Assembly (NCBI RefSeq): GCF_006345805.1
Contig: NC_043003.1
Coordinates: forward strand, 9,362,001-9,426,000
Reading direction: 5' to 3'
DNA from: Octopus sinensis
Taxonomy: Eukaryota
Length of the DNA stretch: 64,000 nt
Of the stretch, positions 24,490 through 38,224 are shown in pieces. The notes beneath the pieces were generated by a model. That model saw nothing but the letters and a program-made list of their open reading frames with translations. It was not told the origin of the DNA and made no database searches. The position numbers and the translations under genes were made by a program. The stretch's first letter is position 1; the number at the start of each line of letters is the position of its first letter.

Positions 24490-24878
24490 CTGTTTGTGTG
24501 TCTGTGTTTGTTCCCCTAGCATTGCTTGACAACCGATACTGGTGTGTTTACGTCCCCGTCACTTAGCGGTTCGACAAAAAGAGACCGATAGAATAAGTAC
24601 TGGGCTTACAAAAAGAATAAGTCCCGGGGTCGAGTTGCTCGACTAAAGGCGGTGCTCTAGCATGGCCGCAGTCAAATGACTGAAACAAGTAAAAGAGTAA
24701 AGAGTAAAGAGTATACGACAGGAGTCTTTCAGTTTCCGTCTACCAAATCCACTCACAAGGCTTTGGTCGGGCCGAGGCTATAGCAGAAGACACTTGCCCA
24801 AGGTGCCACGCAGTGGGACTGAACCCGGAACCATGTGGTTGGTAAGCAAGCTACTTACCACACAGCCACTCCTACGCC
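23968..24878 (-). mobile_element. SINE B copy split by a nested plus-strand SINE B
   Basis: 3' half 23968-24180 and 5' half 24713-24878 on minus, separated by (TA)n and the 24283-24712 copy. Confidence 0.85.
24283..24712 (+). mobile_element. Long tRNA-derived SINE family B with central microsatellite
   Basis: ggcgcaggagtggctgtgtggtaag head, ggttcagtccc B-box-like, (TA)n(TG)n core, tail gactgaaacaagt(aaagagt)n. Confidence 0.9.
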
Positions 24879-24937
24879 TATTGAAGCTTATTAAAAATGT
24901 GGACTGTGCTAAAAATTATTCTCAGAATACAAGTAAA

Positions 24938-25353
24938 GGCGTAGGAGTGGCTTTGTGGTACGTAGCTTGCTTACGAATCACATGGTTCCGGGTTCAGTCC
25001 CACTGCGTGGCACCTTGCGCAAGTGTCTTCTACCATAGCCTCGGGTCAACCAAAGCCTTTTGAGTGGATTTGGTAGACGGAAACTGAGAGAAGCCCGTCG
25101 TATATATGTATATATATATATACATGTATGTGTGTGTATGTGCTTGTGTGTCTGTGTTTGTCCCCCCAACATCGCTTGACAACCGATACTGGTGTGTTTA
25201 CGTCCCCGTAACTTAGCGGTTCGGCAAAAGAGATCGATAGAATAAGTACTAGGCTTACAAAGAATAAGTCCTGGGGTCGATTTGCTCGACTAAAGGCGGT
25301 GCTCCAGCTTGGCTACAATCAAATGACTGAAACAAGTTAAAGAGTAAAAGAGT
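24938..25353 (+). mobile_element. SINE B full copy
   Basis: Collinear with 24283-24712. Confidence 0.9.
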
Positions 25354-25744
25354 GAAGAAATGAAGAGTTAGAAAAATTTATAATAATAATTGGGGAAATA
25401 AAATACTTCCTTGCTATTATTAAATATTTGAAATTTTTAAATATTATCTTACATAAACACGAAGTTACCACTGCATGACAACCTCAAATTACTATATCTT
25501 TAAACAAGTGTTAATTCCATTATCACGCACAAGCATCTTTCATGCTAACAAAATGAACACGGAATTTTACAAAGTAGATTTTAAGTCGAAATATCAGAAC
25601 TAATTAAACAATTCTAAGATAACATTGCAGTGCCTTTATTATTGTTTTTATATATCTAATGTTCTACCTGACTTGCTATCACCTATAACATACGAAGTCA
25701 CTATCTCACTCTCTCCTAACTCTGTGTGCACATATAAATGCATG

Positions 25745-25822
<78 letters not shown>

Positions 25823-25824
25823 AA

Positions 25825-25865
<41 letters not shown>

Positions 25866-25868
<3 letters not shown>

Positions 25869-26244
25869 TGTTACTGTTATTTAGCCCTAGGAAACATCGT
25901 CTCCAGTTGGTTATCTGCATCCTTATATATTCGAAGAAGGGACCTTGGTGTCTCCACTCAGCTCGAAGCAGCATCTGTTTACCAGTGGTTTCTGGGTTAT
26001 TTTACTTCATCACCACAGAATAACTGCTTGGCTAGAGATGGTGACACTAGATTCTTGCTCGAAATATATACTTTTCAAAGTGACACACAGTAGCTGAACT
26101 CATAAAGAGGAAAATATTATTTCTAAATCTCTGAACGAGAAACAGCCAGTAACAGTATTCTAGAAAGATTTTTTAGCAAAATAATGCCACAGTGCTGAGT
26201 AGGACGAATGTTATTGTTATTCAGCCTCAGGAAACATCATCTCC
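25866..26244. repeat. 340-bp unit with 39-bp terminal direct repeat, embedded in (TA)n
   Basis: 25866-25904 vs 26206-26244, 5 mismatches; (TA)n on both sides. Confidence 0.75.
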
Positions 26245-26261
26245 ATATATATATCTATATC

Positions 26262-26336
<75 letters not shown>

Positions 26337-26804
26337 TAAATCCCCGTATTCTTCTCTAAAAATTTATATCTTATTGCTTTCTTATTTAATTCCTTAAAAG
26401 TTCTTATATTACTCACATTAGATTATTATTACTTTGAAAGAAATAGTTTATACATACAATAAAATCTTATGTACATGGTGATGCCGAAATATTTTCTATT
26501 ATTTTTCTTCTTGTAAAAGATTTTATCAATTTCTCAGCAGATCTAACACTATTTTTACTGGTCCTTAGGAAGTTATTACTAAGGTACACGGGACTCTTCA
26601 TAATCCCCAAATAGAGGTGCTCAGGAACATAACTGTATATTCCAGAGTTATTTAATGGAGTGTTTTGCACAGAAATCTGGCATTTACAAGGAAAAATGTG
26701 TTTTGAGCTCATCCATGGAATATCCATAAAACATCTGCTAAAATAGTTGTTATTAATATACTTTCTATTAATGTTACCGCCATTGCTGTTTCATTTAGTG
26801 CTAC

Positions 26805-26879
26805 CTTTTATGTTGTAGTCTATTGCTGCCGACGCTTCTGCTGTTTCAAGTTCTACTCGTGTTGATATCCTTGCTTGAA
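26805..26879 (-). other. Candidate 75-nt phase 1-1 exon
   Basis: Acceptor tctttattttcag, donor AAG/gtagca, translation QARISTRVELETAEASAAIDYNIK; the other two frames are closed. Confidence 0.3.
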
Positions 26880-28001
26880 CTGAAAATAAAGACGGTCTTC
26901 TTTATCTTACAACACCTGTTTTTAATTTTTCCACCTCACAATCTTGCTTTTTGAAATTGCTCAAGTTGAAATCAACGTACATGCGCTATGCAATCAAGAA
27001 TTCTTGGTAAAAGTCACGCAAAAAACAAAATATATTAATAAAAGTATAAGAAAACTGAGATGCCATTCTAGGAGGCGAATTAGCGTGAAACGAATTGAAG
27101 TGTTTTGAAAGAATGAACTGAAGCGTCACATATGCGCACGCTTATTTGTTCTCTTTAATGCGCATATATGCAACATGTAATTTTTGAATCCTCGTTAAGT
27201 ATACAGGTGGTTGCTGTGTTGTTGCGTTGGGAAAGCACAGTAGAATGAAATCCGATGATTGTGGTACGAAATTAGAACGGTGATTGCTGTTAGTAATGAA
27301 AGAACTGTGGTCGTGTAGAAAGCTGATTTTTCTCAACCATCAAAAAGGAAATAGTCTTGTGGCAAATGCAAAAAGTGGTATATACAGTAAATTTCATATT
27401 CATGCACTTGTTATGTATTAACATAAAACAGTTAAGCTCATGCATACACTCCTGTCACGATTTTATTTATACGTTCATATATGCATGCACATCTATCAAG
27501 CACTTGTAAAAATGAAGCAACGGTGAATTAATAAACAATTTCCTATATTTAAATATATTCAAACCCATACAACGAGCATTGAAATTAGTTGAATGCTCAC
27601 GTATACAAACATGTATACATACGTGGACACAACACACATTTACTCTGCAAGTATTAGAAAGAGCGTGAAGGAGGGGAAATGAAATGCATGTATGTGAATA
27701 GATAATAATAATGTAAAGGCTGAAATGTTGTTATAGGAAAATCACAGACAATAAGAAAGTAAACCGTGATGAGAGAAAAAGTAAGAAGGAAGAGATTACA
27801 CAAAGCTGGAGTGTAGGATTAGAAGGGAAAATAAAGAGATAAAAAATATCGTGTTTCTAATATATTAGGAAAACCAATAAAGAGGAAAATTGTACATATG
27901 TACATGTATGTATGTATGTATGTATGTATGTATGTATGTATGTATGTATGTATGTATGTATGTATGTATGTATGTATGTATGCAAATATGTGTGGATATA
28001 T

Positions 28002-28038
<37 letters not shown>

Positions 28039-28149
28039 TATATACACATATCCATTTAGTATTAACTATTGGAAAAGTGTACTCAAAACTATGCTGGTGA
28101 TTAATATTTTTGTTTTGGTAGAGACAGTTACTTGTTTTTCCGATTTTCA

Positions 28150-28640
28150 CGAGTAGATGCGAAGAATCTTCAGGCAAGTAGTGAGAGCAGTGGGTGTGGT
28201 TTCAGTTGGTGTGACTGTAGAACACTTACGGCCAACACAAAGCACTCACCATCTGGTTGTGATTTCGGGTCCTGACTGGATATGAATTTCTATGAGGGAG
28301 TTGTATGTCGGACGACCAAATTCATTCTCTTGCCTCAGATTTTCCGACAGCGCTAGCGTGGGGGAATTGACTGAAATTATATTAGGGATACAATAGAGTG
28401 ACTAGGTTGATCTGCGTATCTTCCATTTATTCTACGAACACATCGTAAAGTGAATATCTCGTTTCTGGTCGCTGAAACTTCACCATTTATTGTGTTTCTC
28501 AGCATAATCCATTAGAAAATCCAGGGTGCCTATGAATCTTATATATACAACGTTGGCTTGCTGGTCACTCTCCATAGTTCAGCCATCCTCTGACAAGTTT
28601 TGGTATTAATCCCACAGTGTATCCGTTAATGGACGTTGCC
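28150..28640 (-). pseudogene. Possible very decayed CR1-type RT fragment
   Basis: ESDQQANVVYIRF resembles the xDVxYLDF motif; nothing else is clear. Confidence 0.25.
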
Positions 28641-28777
28641 CTGCCTCCTTTGTTTAAGCCATAAGTAAATTTTAATAGCGTTTGCTCCTGTGGTTCGGAG
28701 AGAATAATAGAACAAAAATAAGAATAAAAGTATATTTGTTGCTAGCTTGCTAGCTAGATAGATAGATAGATAGATAG

Positions 28778-28836
<59 letters not shown>

Positions 28837-29145
28837 ATTTTTAAAATTTCAGGCGCCATCCATTTGGTAGGTAATCATTAAATCGGTGGAAGCTTTATTT
28901 TATTGTCTTGGGTAAGTTGAAAGGAAAAAGAGATAACTTATTGAGTTCTCTGTTCAAATCTTCCTCCATTCTGCTTCTCGTATATCAATGATAAACATAA
29001 TAATTTCTTTTATTGGCCACCAGGGTATAAAACCCTGGGGATAGTGAAAATATAATATACAAGACAGTGGAGAATTTACAGCGAGTAAAAAGAATAAATG
29101 AACAACATATGAAAATGGCAATATTAAAGAAACACCAATAAAAAC

Positions 29146-29658
29146 TTAGATAAAACTTAGATATGTTTCGACCAGAGATTGGTCCAGGCCATGTCTAACT
29201 TAATAGCACCACCTGATAGGATTATTCGAATCCTGTTTAAGTCAAGTTTTGTTCAAGTAGTGAGTTCTTGTTGGGTGAGTTGTATCCAGTTTTGTTCAAG
29301 TAGTGAGTTCTTGTTGGGTGAGTTGTATCCAATTATGGGTGGCTTATCTGGTATTCTTTGAAGGAATCTATCCAGACTCTGTTTGAAGTTGATGGGATCC
29401 TTTTCCTCTTTGATCTCCCTCGGGACAATGTTAAATAGGGCAGGGCCTGTTGAGGAAAAGAAATTATGTTGCAGTGTACATGTATGTTGTGATCTTGAAT
29501 TTGGCAGGGGACGTATAGCCCGTTGTCCAAGTCTCGGATGAACCTTGAAGCTAATGTTTAGGTCGTTTGGACAAAGTTGGCGGTATATTTTCCACATCGT
29601 ACAAATGATGTACCGCTCACGGCGACGCTGGAGGGAGTAAAGTTTCAAGGCTTTAAGG
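29146..29658 (-). mobile_element. CR1/L2-like LINE 3' fragment
   Basis: LKALKLYSLQRRRERYII...FLQRIPDKP C-terminus; 3' hairpin gacca-atctc-tggtc and (ctaagtttat)n tail; internal 43-bp duplication. Confidence 0.9.
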
Positions 29659-30335
29659 CGTGTCGAAAACACAAGAAATAATACAATGACATGAAAGACT
29701 CCCCCCACCCAAATGAGGAGCAGTTAGAGGTACGCACACAGAGTTCCGGATGACTCTGACACGTCAAAGAAAATATTTCCTTCCAGTTCTTACTACTAGT
29801 CAATTGCCGCATGTTTACAATAGGCCCATTTACTACTCTCACCAAGTACCCCATTTACGCCAACTTTAACAAAATGCATCCACCCACTTTTTATGAAATT
29901 TACTGGAAAGTAGCGCCCTCTTTTAACTTTCTCTTCATTAAGGGCACGGCATGAGAAGAAGAGCCATACCTGAAAGTCTTTTAAGTAAATACAATACATA
30001 TTGGCTGTCGACATACCTTCTACTCATGCAGTCTTTGTAATATAATTTTAGAAAAATTATATATATATATATTTCTGTTTTATTTATATACACATATATG
30101 AAAATAGGCTATGATATAATCACAGATTGTTACACTTACAATCTGTAGCAAATTTAATGGTATTAGCTGTGTATTATCCTATATTAGAGGATATGACGCA
30201 CAAAAGCCTTTTTTTGGTATGTGTAGTGATTTAGTTATTGTCATCTTCGAAGAGAAAAGTCTGTCATAACCACACAAAATAATGCTGTAATGTTTCTATT
30301 CTTCGATTGGTGTGAGGTATATAGTTTGCGTGTAG

Positions 30336-30544
30336 AAGGCGGTGAGCTAGTAGAAACATTATCACGCCGAGCGAAATGCGTAGCCGGAGTTCAAATTCCG
30401 CCGGGGTCAACTTTGCCATTCATCCTTTTGGGGTCGATAAATTAAGTACCAGTTACGCACTGGGGTCGATGTAATCGACTTAATCCGGGTGTCTGTCCTT
30501 GTTTATCCCCTCTGTGTTTAGCCCCTTGTGGGTAGTAAAGAAAT
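30336..30544 (+). mobile_element. SINE A with tail-2, internally deleted
   Basis: 21-bp TSD aggtatata(g/t)tttgcgtgtag at 30315-30335 and 30545-30565. Confidence 0.85.
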
Positions 30545-30972
30545 AGGTATATATTTTGCGTGTAGGTGAGGCATGTGCACGGGATGTTAAGGCGGGAAAC
30601 CAGATATCATCTGCAAAAGAGTATGTTTTGCTAGTGTAAGATCTCAATGAATTGAATAAGAGTTGGAGATGCGGCAGCCATTACAGCTACTTAAATTTCG
30701 GGGACATCAAAGATGAATCTATGCAAGATTTAACATATCAGCACTCACTGCAGTGGTATAATTTCTCAGCTTCTAATCCAAGATATGGAGAATGGATGTA
30801 GACTGTAAACAGAATACTTTGCCAACAGCAATTTATGTTCGTCATGGCAATTCTACGTGAATATTTTGCCATCGAAATTTTCAAAGGGGATATATGTAGG
30901 GCGTGTACTATAGAAGAGTAAATCTCTTGTGGTTCCGAATCAAACTTCATTCACAAATTCTTCACAACTTAC

Positions 30973-31158
30973 CCGTAGCCTCAGATAGTTCTGTTGCCAT
31001 TTTCTCATTCTTTAATTATGTAATATGTAGTTAAACAGGTAGTGTTTACACGAAAAAAGATTTTTTAAAGAGTTAAAGATTTTTGCAAAGTTGTTCGCGA
31101 AAAGCTTGACGCTGGTCGTGTACACGCAAGCTTGTGCCAACACCAGCAGATCTATTCA
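30973..31158 (-). other. Candidate exon
   Basis: Acceptor aatttgcag, strong donor CGG/gtaagt; ATG at 31000 gives MATELSEAT in phase 1 behind an in-frame stop. Confidence 0.25.
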
Positions 31159-31549
31159 CTGCAAATTGCATCTCTTATATTCTCCATAGAATAAAATTAT
31201 AAAAAGCATCCCGCTCTAACTAGGCCACAGAAGTATCGTTTCTGCATTTGTGGTTGTCTTTGTTGTCATAACGTTAGCACTTCATATATAAAATCTGTTC
31301 ACACAATAGTGGAGCAATACCAGGTGTATATGAAGTGCACATCAACATATACTAGTCTCTATGCTTGCAATTCGGGAACTGGAGAGGAAAGTCCATACCG
31401 TCCAGCGGTGATTTCTATTGCTGGACCGAGGCTGCGGTTATGGTCTTTAGGAAGATTGTTAAGTCAATGAATATGAACATCTTCCAAGGATCCTTGTGGT
31501 AGTACTATCAGGAGTCATGAATGAATCTGTCCGAGATGTCTATGGAGAA

Positions 31550-31850
31550 ACGAAACTATCCCGTATGCCGTCTTTCAGAGTTCCGGCATTATCGATTTGT
31601 GAGATTGTATTAAACAGCTGTTGTCGCATACAAGACGAAACGAGATAACATGATAATCAACATGCCACTACCTTTCGGCATGGAAGGATGGCTAATCTTC
31701 CTCTGTTTGATAGTTGTAGCAAAAGACGTCATGACTTCCCCAAAGTTTGAAGTTAAGCGACCAAACTCACAAAACACCTTCTTCCAATACCATTTGCAGA
31801 GAAAGAGTTGGGTAAATTGGGATGTGCTGCCTTCTAATGGATTCAATGAA
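31550..31850 (+). pseudogene. Possible decayed CR1-type RT fragment
   Basis: KQLLSH...HDNQHA..FRHGR and DFPK pieces in shifting frames. Confidence 0.3.
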
Positions 31851-31944
31851 AATTAGATGAGAGCAGCAAGAGAAGCAAGTCCATATAATCGACTTCGCAT
31901 CCCATATCCCAGCAGTGCTAGCCTTGCGCCAAAATTAGATATAC

Positions 31945-31970
31945 TCATCATCATCATCATTATCACCACC

Positions 31971-32026
<56 letters not shown>

Positions 32027-32040
32027 TATTATTATTAATA
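31945..32040. repeat. (CAT)n/(CAC)n microsatellite
   Basis: Direct observation. Confidence 0.95.
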
Positions 32041-32322
32041 TTTAATAGACAAGTTCTTGAATACTTGACTGAGAAAGTCAATTTTCCACCCTTGTTTCAT
32101 AATAATTAGATGAGAAAATCGTTCTTAATTCCCAACACCCTTATAATATTTGATAGAGAATGAAGTTGCCAGTTTCCCACATTCTATATAATGTTATTTG
32201 ACTGAGAAAAATGTTCTCAATTTCCCACCTTCTCTACTATAAGAGTGACTGAGGGCATTATTGTTATTGCTGCTGCTTTTGCTGTTGTTAGTTACCTATA
32301 TTTTTGGTATTGTTGTTTATCC

Positions 32323-32371
<49 letters not shown>

Positions 32372-33104
32372 TGTGTATGTGTGTGTGTACCGATTTTAGA
32401 TTTATGTTTTTTTGACGTCAAGAATATTTTATTTACATTAGAGACCTACATTTTGAGACCCAAGGTTATCTTCAATAAGCATTATCCTCCCTCGTAATTT
32501 AAAACGAAAACATGGTCAATATTTTACTTTGGGATAGAATGTGACTGTAACATAGGTACTTAGAATAGAAATACCTTCTTCTCATATCCGAACGGTCATA
32601 AATGTGGAGGAGTAAAATCTAGGTGTTTATTTTGTCAACGTTTTGAAGTGTATCTGATAATTCCTTTCTTGAAGCCAATCTTTGTACGTTCCCGGCTTGC
32701 TTTTTTCTATGCATTAGATTAACAGAACGAATTCTCTTTTCAATACTGGACTAAATGATATTACTTTATCGATATTTAACAGTTCTGGGTGTAAGTGTTC
32801 TGAAATAGTGTGGTGTTGATATCACCAGTGTTTCGATAATGTGTTATCCTCGGGTTTGATTAACATCCATCAGTGTGAACATTTATGACGCATAAATTAG
32901 ATGACGCAAGATCAATAGATATTACTTAAACAGGTATCTTTCAATCTTGTTCGTCATATTTTGCAACTTGATAGATTGATCTTTAATAGGGGTTGATAGA
33001 TAGTTATGCAGCAGTCAGGAAGCAGTATACCATGTCCATGTTAAACTTTCCTCTGAATTCTCTCTCTGTTTATCTTTCATATATATATATATATATATAT
33101 AAAC

Positions 33105-33297
33105 CTGACGTCATGATAGACCGTTAGCTACTACACAGATTTTTTTGTCTCCTTGTTTTTTCTGTGTTCTTTTCTGTAGAAGAGCGTAGGCTCGAAACGT
33201 AAAATACTTTTTCTATTTCTGAGCGTTATACTAATACATCTGTTTGTTTTGTACACCACCTGTCTTCGTCTTTTGTTTCTTTTTCGTAAACTCTCCC
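33105..33297 (+). mobile_element. Penelope-type short repeat with hammerhead-like motif, copy 3
   Basis: ctgtagaa-gagc-gtag-gctc-gaaacgta at 33174-33201; (TA)n flanks. Confidence 0.65.
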
Positions 33298-33304
33298 TAT
33301 ATAT

Positions 33305-33839
<535 letters not shown>

Positions 33840-34946
33840 TATAAAGGCACCCGTGTCAGATGTAACGAAATACGCCGAATCATTGTTAAAATATCTGCTT
33901 AAGTGGGGTCAAGATAATGATCTTGCCACTGTCTACCAGTCCCTTTCCTGATACAATATTGGCTAGCGGTCAGTATAAATGTAATATTTTATAATTTTAC
34001 CACTCAATCGATTTGAAAGTCAATGTTGACTTTCAAATCTTCTACGATAAATATTAATTAGCAAGTCAATCAATTATCTTTAACAATGACGTGTTGTGCC
34101 TGCTTATCTTTCGATAAATTTGACCCACTTTGTTTTATTCATGGAACATCGTGCAGTGAGAACTGCAGACAACTGGGCAATAGTGATAAGCGAGGCATGT
34201 TTTGCATATAGCATCTCACGTGAGATAGAGCTGAATATTGATTCAAAGAAAGTGCTTAGATGCATTGCAGACCAGAATCTCTTGAATTTAAAGTAACGAT
34301 CAGAAATTCAGACCTGTGATAAGGAATAACTATAATCATCTACGTCAGTCATTTTATTAGTGCTCCAGCTTTACAAATCTAATATATATAGATGGATAAG
34401 ATGTACTGAATCTTGTGACTCAAAAGATGATGAGCAGAGTCACTAAATTTATTACCGGCGCCACGTGGCGCTGGTAATCTTCACAATCATATACATTCTT
34501 CGCTGCATTCGATGGTTAAGACAAATTTTGTGATTCTTTCCTGCTTTTTAGCTTCTCATCGAATGCATCCTGAATGCTTTTCATTTAATTTAGAATAATT
34601 TTGAGACTGATCAATTACTCTATCATGTACTGTACTTTCAAATTTGATGTACAGAATGTTGCTTATTTCCTATGTAGCCAGCTACGAGTACGAAGTTCTT
34701 GACACTTCAAGACATGTGAAAGAATGTTGAATAATATATGGAAGTCAAAGGCTAACGAGTATTATAGGATGTACACGAAAATAAAACACTTTCAAGGGTC
34801 ACACCACTTTTTGAAAAGTCACAGATCGCGCGCACATACACCTAAGCCCTCCCTGTACATGTATATATGTACGTACGTACGTACGTACGTATGTATGTAT
34901 GTATGTATGTATGTATGTATGTATGTATGTATGTATGTATGTATAT

Positions 34947-35497
34947 GTCAGGTCACTTTCGAGTGCTACTGGTAACATGTAACCCAGTACAACCTGTTGC
35001 ATGGTCGGGTAGTGGGCGACAAAACCGGCAATCCCACCAAGCTTGCTTGGTGAGGAGGGTGTTTATTGGACATCCTGCGGGATGAAAAACAAAACCCGTC
35101 AAAGGGCGGAGGAACTCTTGAGAGTCAACGGCCATCCAATAAATGTCTTAAGGCTGTATCATGCGCGGGGACATAGAAATAATCGGACTGAATACCCGAT
35201 CGCGCGGTTAAACCATTGGGAGTGAAGGACTCCTAGTCTTTATTAGGGCATCCTTCTACGAGAAGGTAACTCAGGTAACTGGGATAACTCCGATATAAAA
35301 CCTGTGGCTCAGTGGTTACCGATGATGTTGACTTGTTCTTCTTTTCGGATTATGACTACTGTTGCTTAGTGAGTGGGATTGACTCAGTGCACAGCCTTTC
35401 CTCACTTAAAAAATCTTCTTGCACAGGCATTGCACGATAACAACATTGATTAAGCTTCTTGCAATGGCCATACTTGATAACGAGGGGCCAGCCACCA
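34947..35497 (+). mobile_element. 551-bp (TATG)n-flanked retroposon, copy 2
   Basis: Collinear with 12905-13455, same ends. Confidence 0.7.
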
Positions 35498-35639
35498 TGT
35501 ATGTATGTATGTATGTATGTATGTATGTATGTATGTATGTATGTATGTATGTATGTATGTATGTATGTATGTATGTATGTATGTATGTATGTATGTATGT
35601 ATGCACACACACGCACACATATAATTTATATTCAGTACT

Positions 35640-35900
35640 TAAATTGTGACACCTCGCTAGTTCGGTATAATCTGCACACACCAATAATATTATTTGGATA
35701 GTGAATATCAAGACTCCTTGTAGGGGTATTTGTACCCAATATTCCTGTCCTGTCTGTAGACAATGTAACCCAGCTAAGTGAAGATATCCGCTCTTGGTAA
35801 TTCAGACATGTTCTTTCTATAAAGGTACTTTCTAGAGTGTTTCCGAAGTGCAGATGTGCAGGTATCAATTCATTACGGTCTTTCATTATATTCCCCTTTA
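35640..35900 (-). pseudogene. Decayed APE endonuclease N-terminus (CR1/L2-type)
   Basis: ICTSETL, GYIVYRQDRN and GVLIF motifs in shifting frames. Confidence 0.45.
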
Positions 35901-36547
35901 TTTGATAATCTAAATAAGTATTGGCCATCACCATCCTTCTTTCTTCTTGCTACCACTCCTTCCCCAACAGACATTCTCTCACTACCAACCTTGCAACCCA
36001 CCCTTTTATGTAGATAACGCTTGATATATAGTTGCACTACATTGGTAATCTAGTAGATGGGCTGACATTAATTGATTTATCACCATTATCTAGAATACAG
36101 TTGACAACTCCCAATGGATTGAATTATAAATGGTTGAAGACTACATACTACATAAAGTCTTCTAAACATAATTAACTACGTCACCACTCCTTTATATCTT
36201 GACTCCCACTATTTTCTCTGCTACTCTCTAAATTATAGTAGGCTTAACAAGGTATGCATTATTTTTAAAATTCAGTCTGCCGCAGATGTAAAAAAAGGAA
36301 ACAAGGTAAATATTTTGGCTTCTATTATTGATATAAATTTATTAAAGAATAGTTTATGCTTTATGTTTGAAGTCTATGCGGCCAACTGACGAGAAAGGTT
36401 TCTTTCAAATTGATGTAAGGTTTTCATTAATCAATTAAATGGAGCCGCCTGAAACCACCGTAATGAATTGACACCTGTACATCTTTGCTACTTGTATATA
36501 TATATATATATTATATATATATATATATTATATATATATATATATAT

Positions 36548-36949
36548 ATCTTTATATATAAAAGTCAAGTTGTGTGTCTGTCTCTTACGATTTAGATTCC
36601 TAACTACTCCCACATTTTGCGGTGCAGTTTAACCAAAACCGGGTATCTTATAGTCGTGATTCATATCGAGCCCTTCTGGGTATTAGCGCGCGTCTACGAT
36701 GAGTCTACGATTAAAAAAAAAATTACCATCATTTTTTTCCATTTTAATGCATTTTTTCGCTATTATATAAGGGAAGTAACTCTCTAAAAATGTCTACGAT
36801 GAGTCAACGATTTCAAAAAAATTTACCATCATTTTTTTTCCAATTTAAAAAAAAATTTTCTATTTGCTACTTTTTGGCTATAACTCTCTAAAAATGCTTC
36901 TATAGCTATTTCCCTTACAAACCCGAGCAACGCCGGGCGATATTGCTAG

Positions 36950-36951
<2 letters not shown>
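36548..36951 (-). mobile_element. Helitron-like element, internal type 2
   Basis: Starts tactagcaatatcgcccggcgttgctcggg, ends cttttatatataaagat; internal ~100-bp tandem repeat. Confidence 0.7.
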
Positions 36952-36982
<31 letters not shown>

Positions 36983-37212
36983 TATATATATATTACACAC
37001 ACACATATATGTGTGTGTAAATGTATGTATATATGGATGGATGTATATATAGATGTATGTATACACGTATGTGTGTATGTGTGTATGTGTGTGTAGATAA
37101 AGATATAGAGATATATATGTACATACATACAAAGAGTCATGAATACACCTGGTCTTGTGTGGGCGGACGTGTGTGTGTTTGTATGTTATACAGAGATATG
37201 GGTAATCGCACT

Positions 37213-37514
37213 TCATGAGAGAAGCGCACAATGGGAATGATGTCTACATAAATTAAGACACAAGAGAAAACGGTGATATGAGGAAAAATGAGAAGATTGA
37301 TAGGTGAAGGTGTATAATAATGCATACAATTTGCTGGTGAATCTACTGAAAAGAAGTAGTAAAAAGAGAAAACAACAAAATCGACTGATATTGGAAAGAA
37401 ATTTAATGAATAGATAAAAAAGAAGAAAACTATTTATAGCGTCATATGACGAACATGCCATGCTTTCGTTGGATCCATTATTTGGTAAAAGATCGACAGA
37501 TAGCTGATACGCTG
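37213..37514 (-). other. Candidate terminal exon
   Basis: Acceptor ttttcttgtcttccag; phase-1 frame AAYQLSVDLLPNNGSNES... followed by a hydrophobic stretch. Confidence 0.25.
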
Positions 37515-38224
37515 CTGGAAGACAAGAAAATATGAAAATATATATATACACAAAGAAAGCTTTGAAACAAAGAACATACTTTGAGCGAAAATGTATGTTC
37601 ATAATTTTCTTTTAAAAAAATTTTTAACCTTTTTTCCACTTTTAAATAACATTTCTTGGTGCTATCATTGATTTCTTTCTCAGTTGTATGAGCAAGGCAC
37701 ATTGCACCACCCGTAGTTCGGTTTTGGAACTTTCACAGTATTTTCCAACTTTTCTTATTTCTTTCTATCTCTATTTCTCACCTTCTAGTGTTTCCCTCTG
37801 TCTGCTAAGCCCCTTCTGTTTCCAACAATTCCAATAGATTTCGGTTGTACTGTAATTCCCTTTAACGAAACATCAAATGTCAGAACCTGATATTCATCAG
37901 CAAATCTTAAACAAGCATGTTTGATATTGTGAAGATTTCAGAGAAACTGTGATATTTAAAAACACAATAGATTCTTTTGATAAATTTTACAAATGTTCTA
38001 CATACACAAGGATGTACTTCTACGAACATATACATATGCTGACGTTTAAAACCCAAATATTCATTTAATTAGTAAAGACGGCGAACTCCATTAATAAGAT
38101 TTTGAAAAAAAATGCCCTTTATCTTTCATATACATCACGTTGCTGATTTATACAAATTACTTTTCAAAATCTATTTCTGCTGAATATTATAGCCAATGAT
38201 TAATTGCGTACTTGGAACGAGTAT

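Noticed and set aside
24103-25172. ORFs containing MPKVPRSGTEPGTMWLVSKLL
   Set aside because: Antisense translations of SINE B.
26467-26727. 86-aa ORF next to the candidate exon at 26805-26879
   Set aside because: An in-frame TGA separates them; it cannot be joined to the acceptor and has no recognisable homology.
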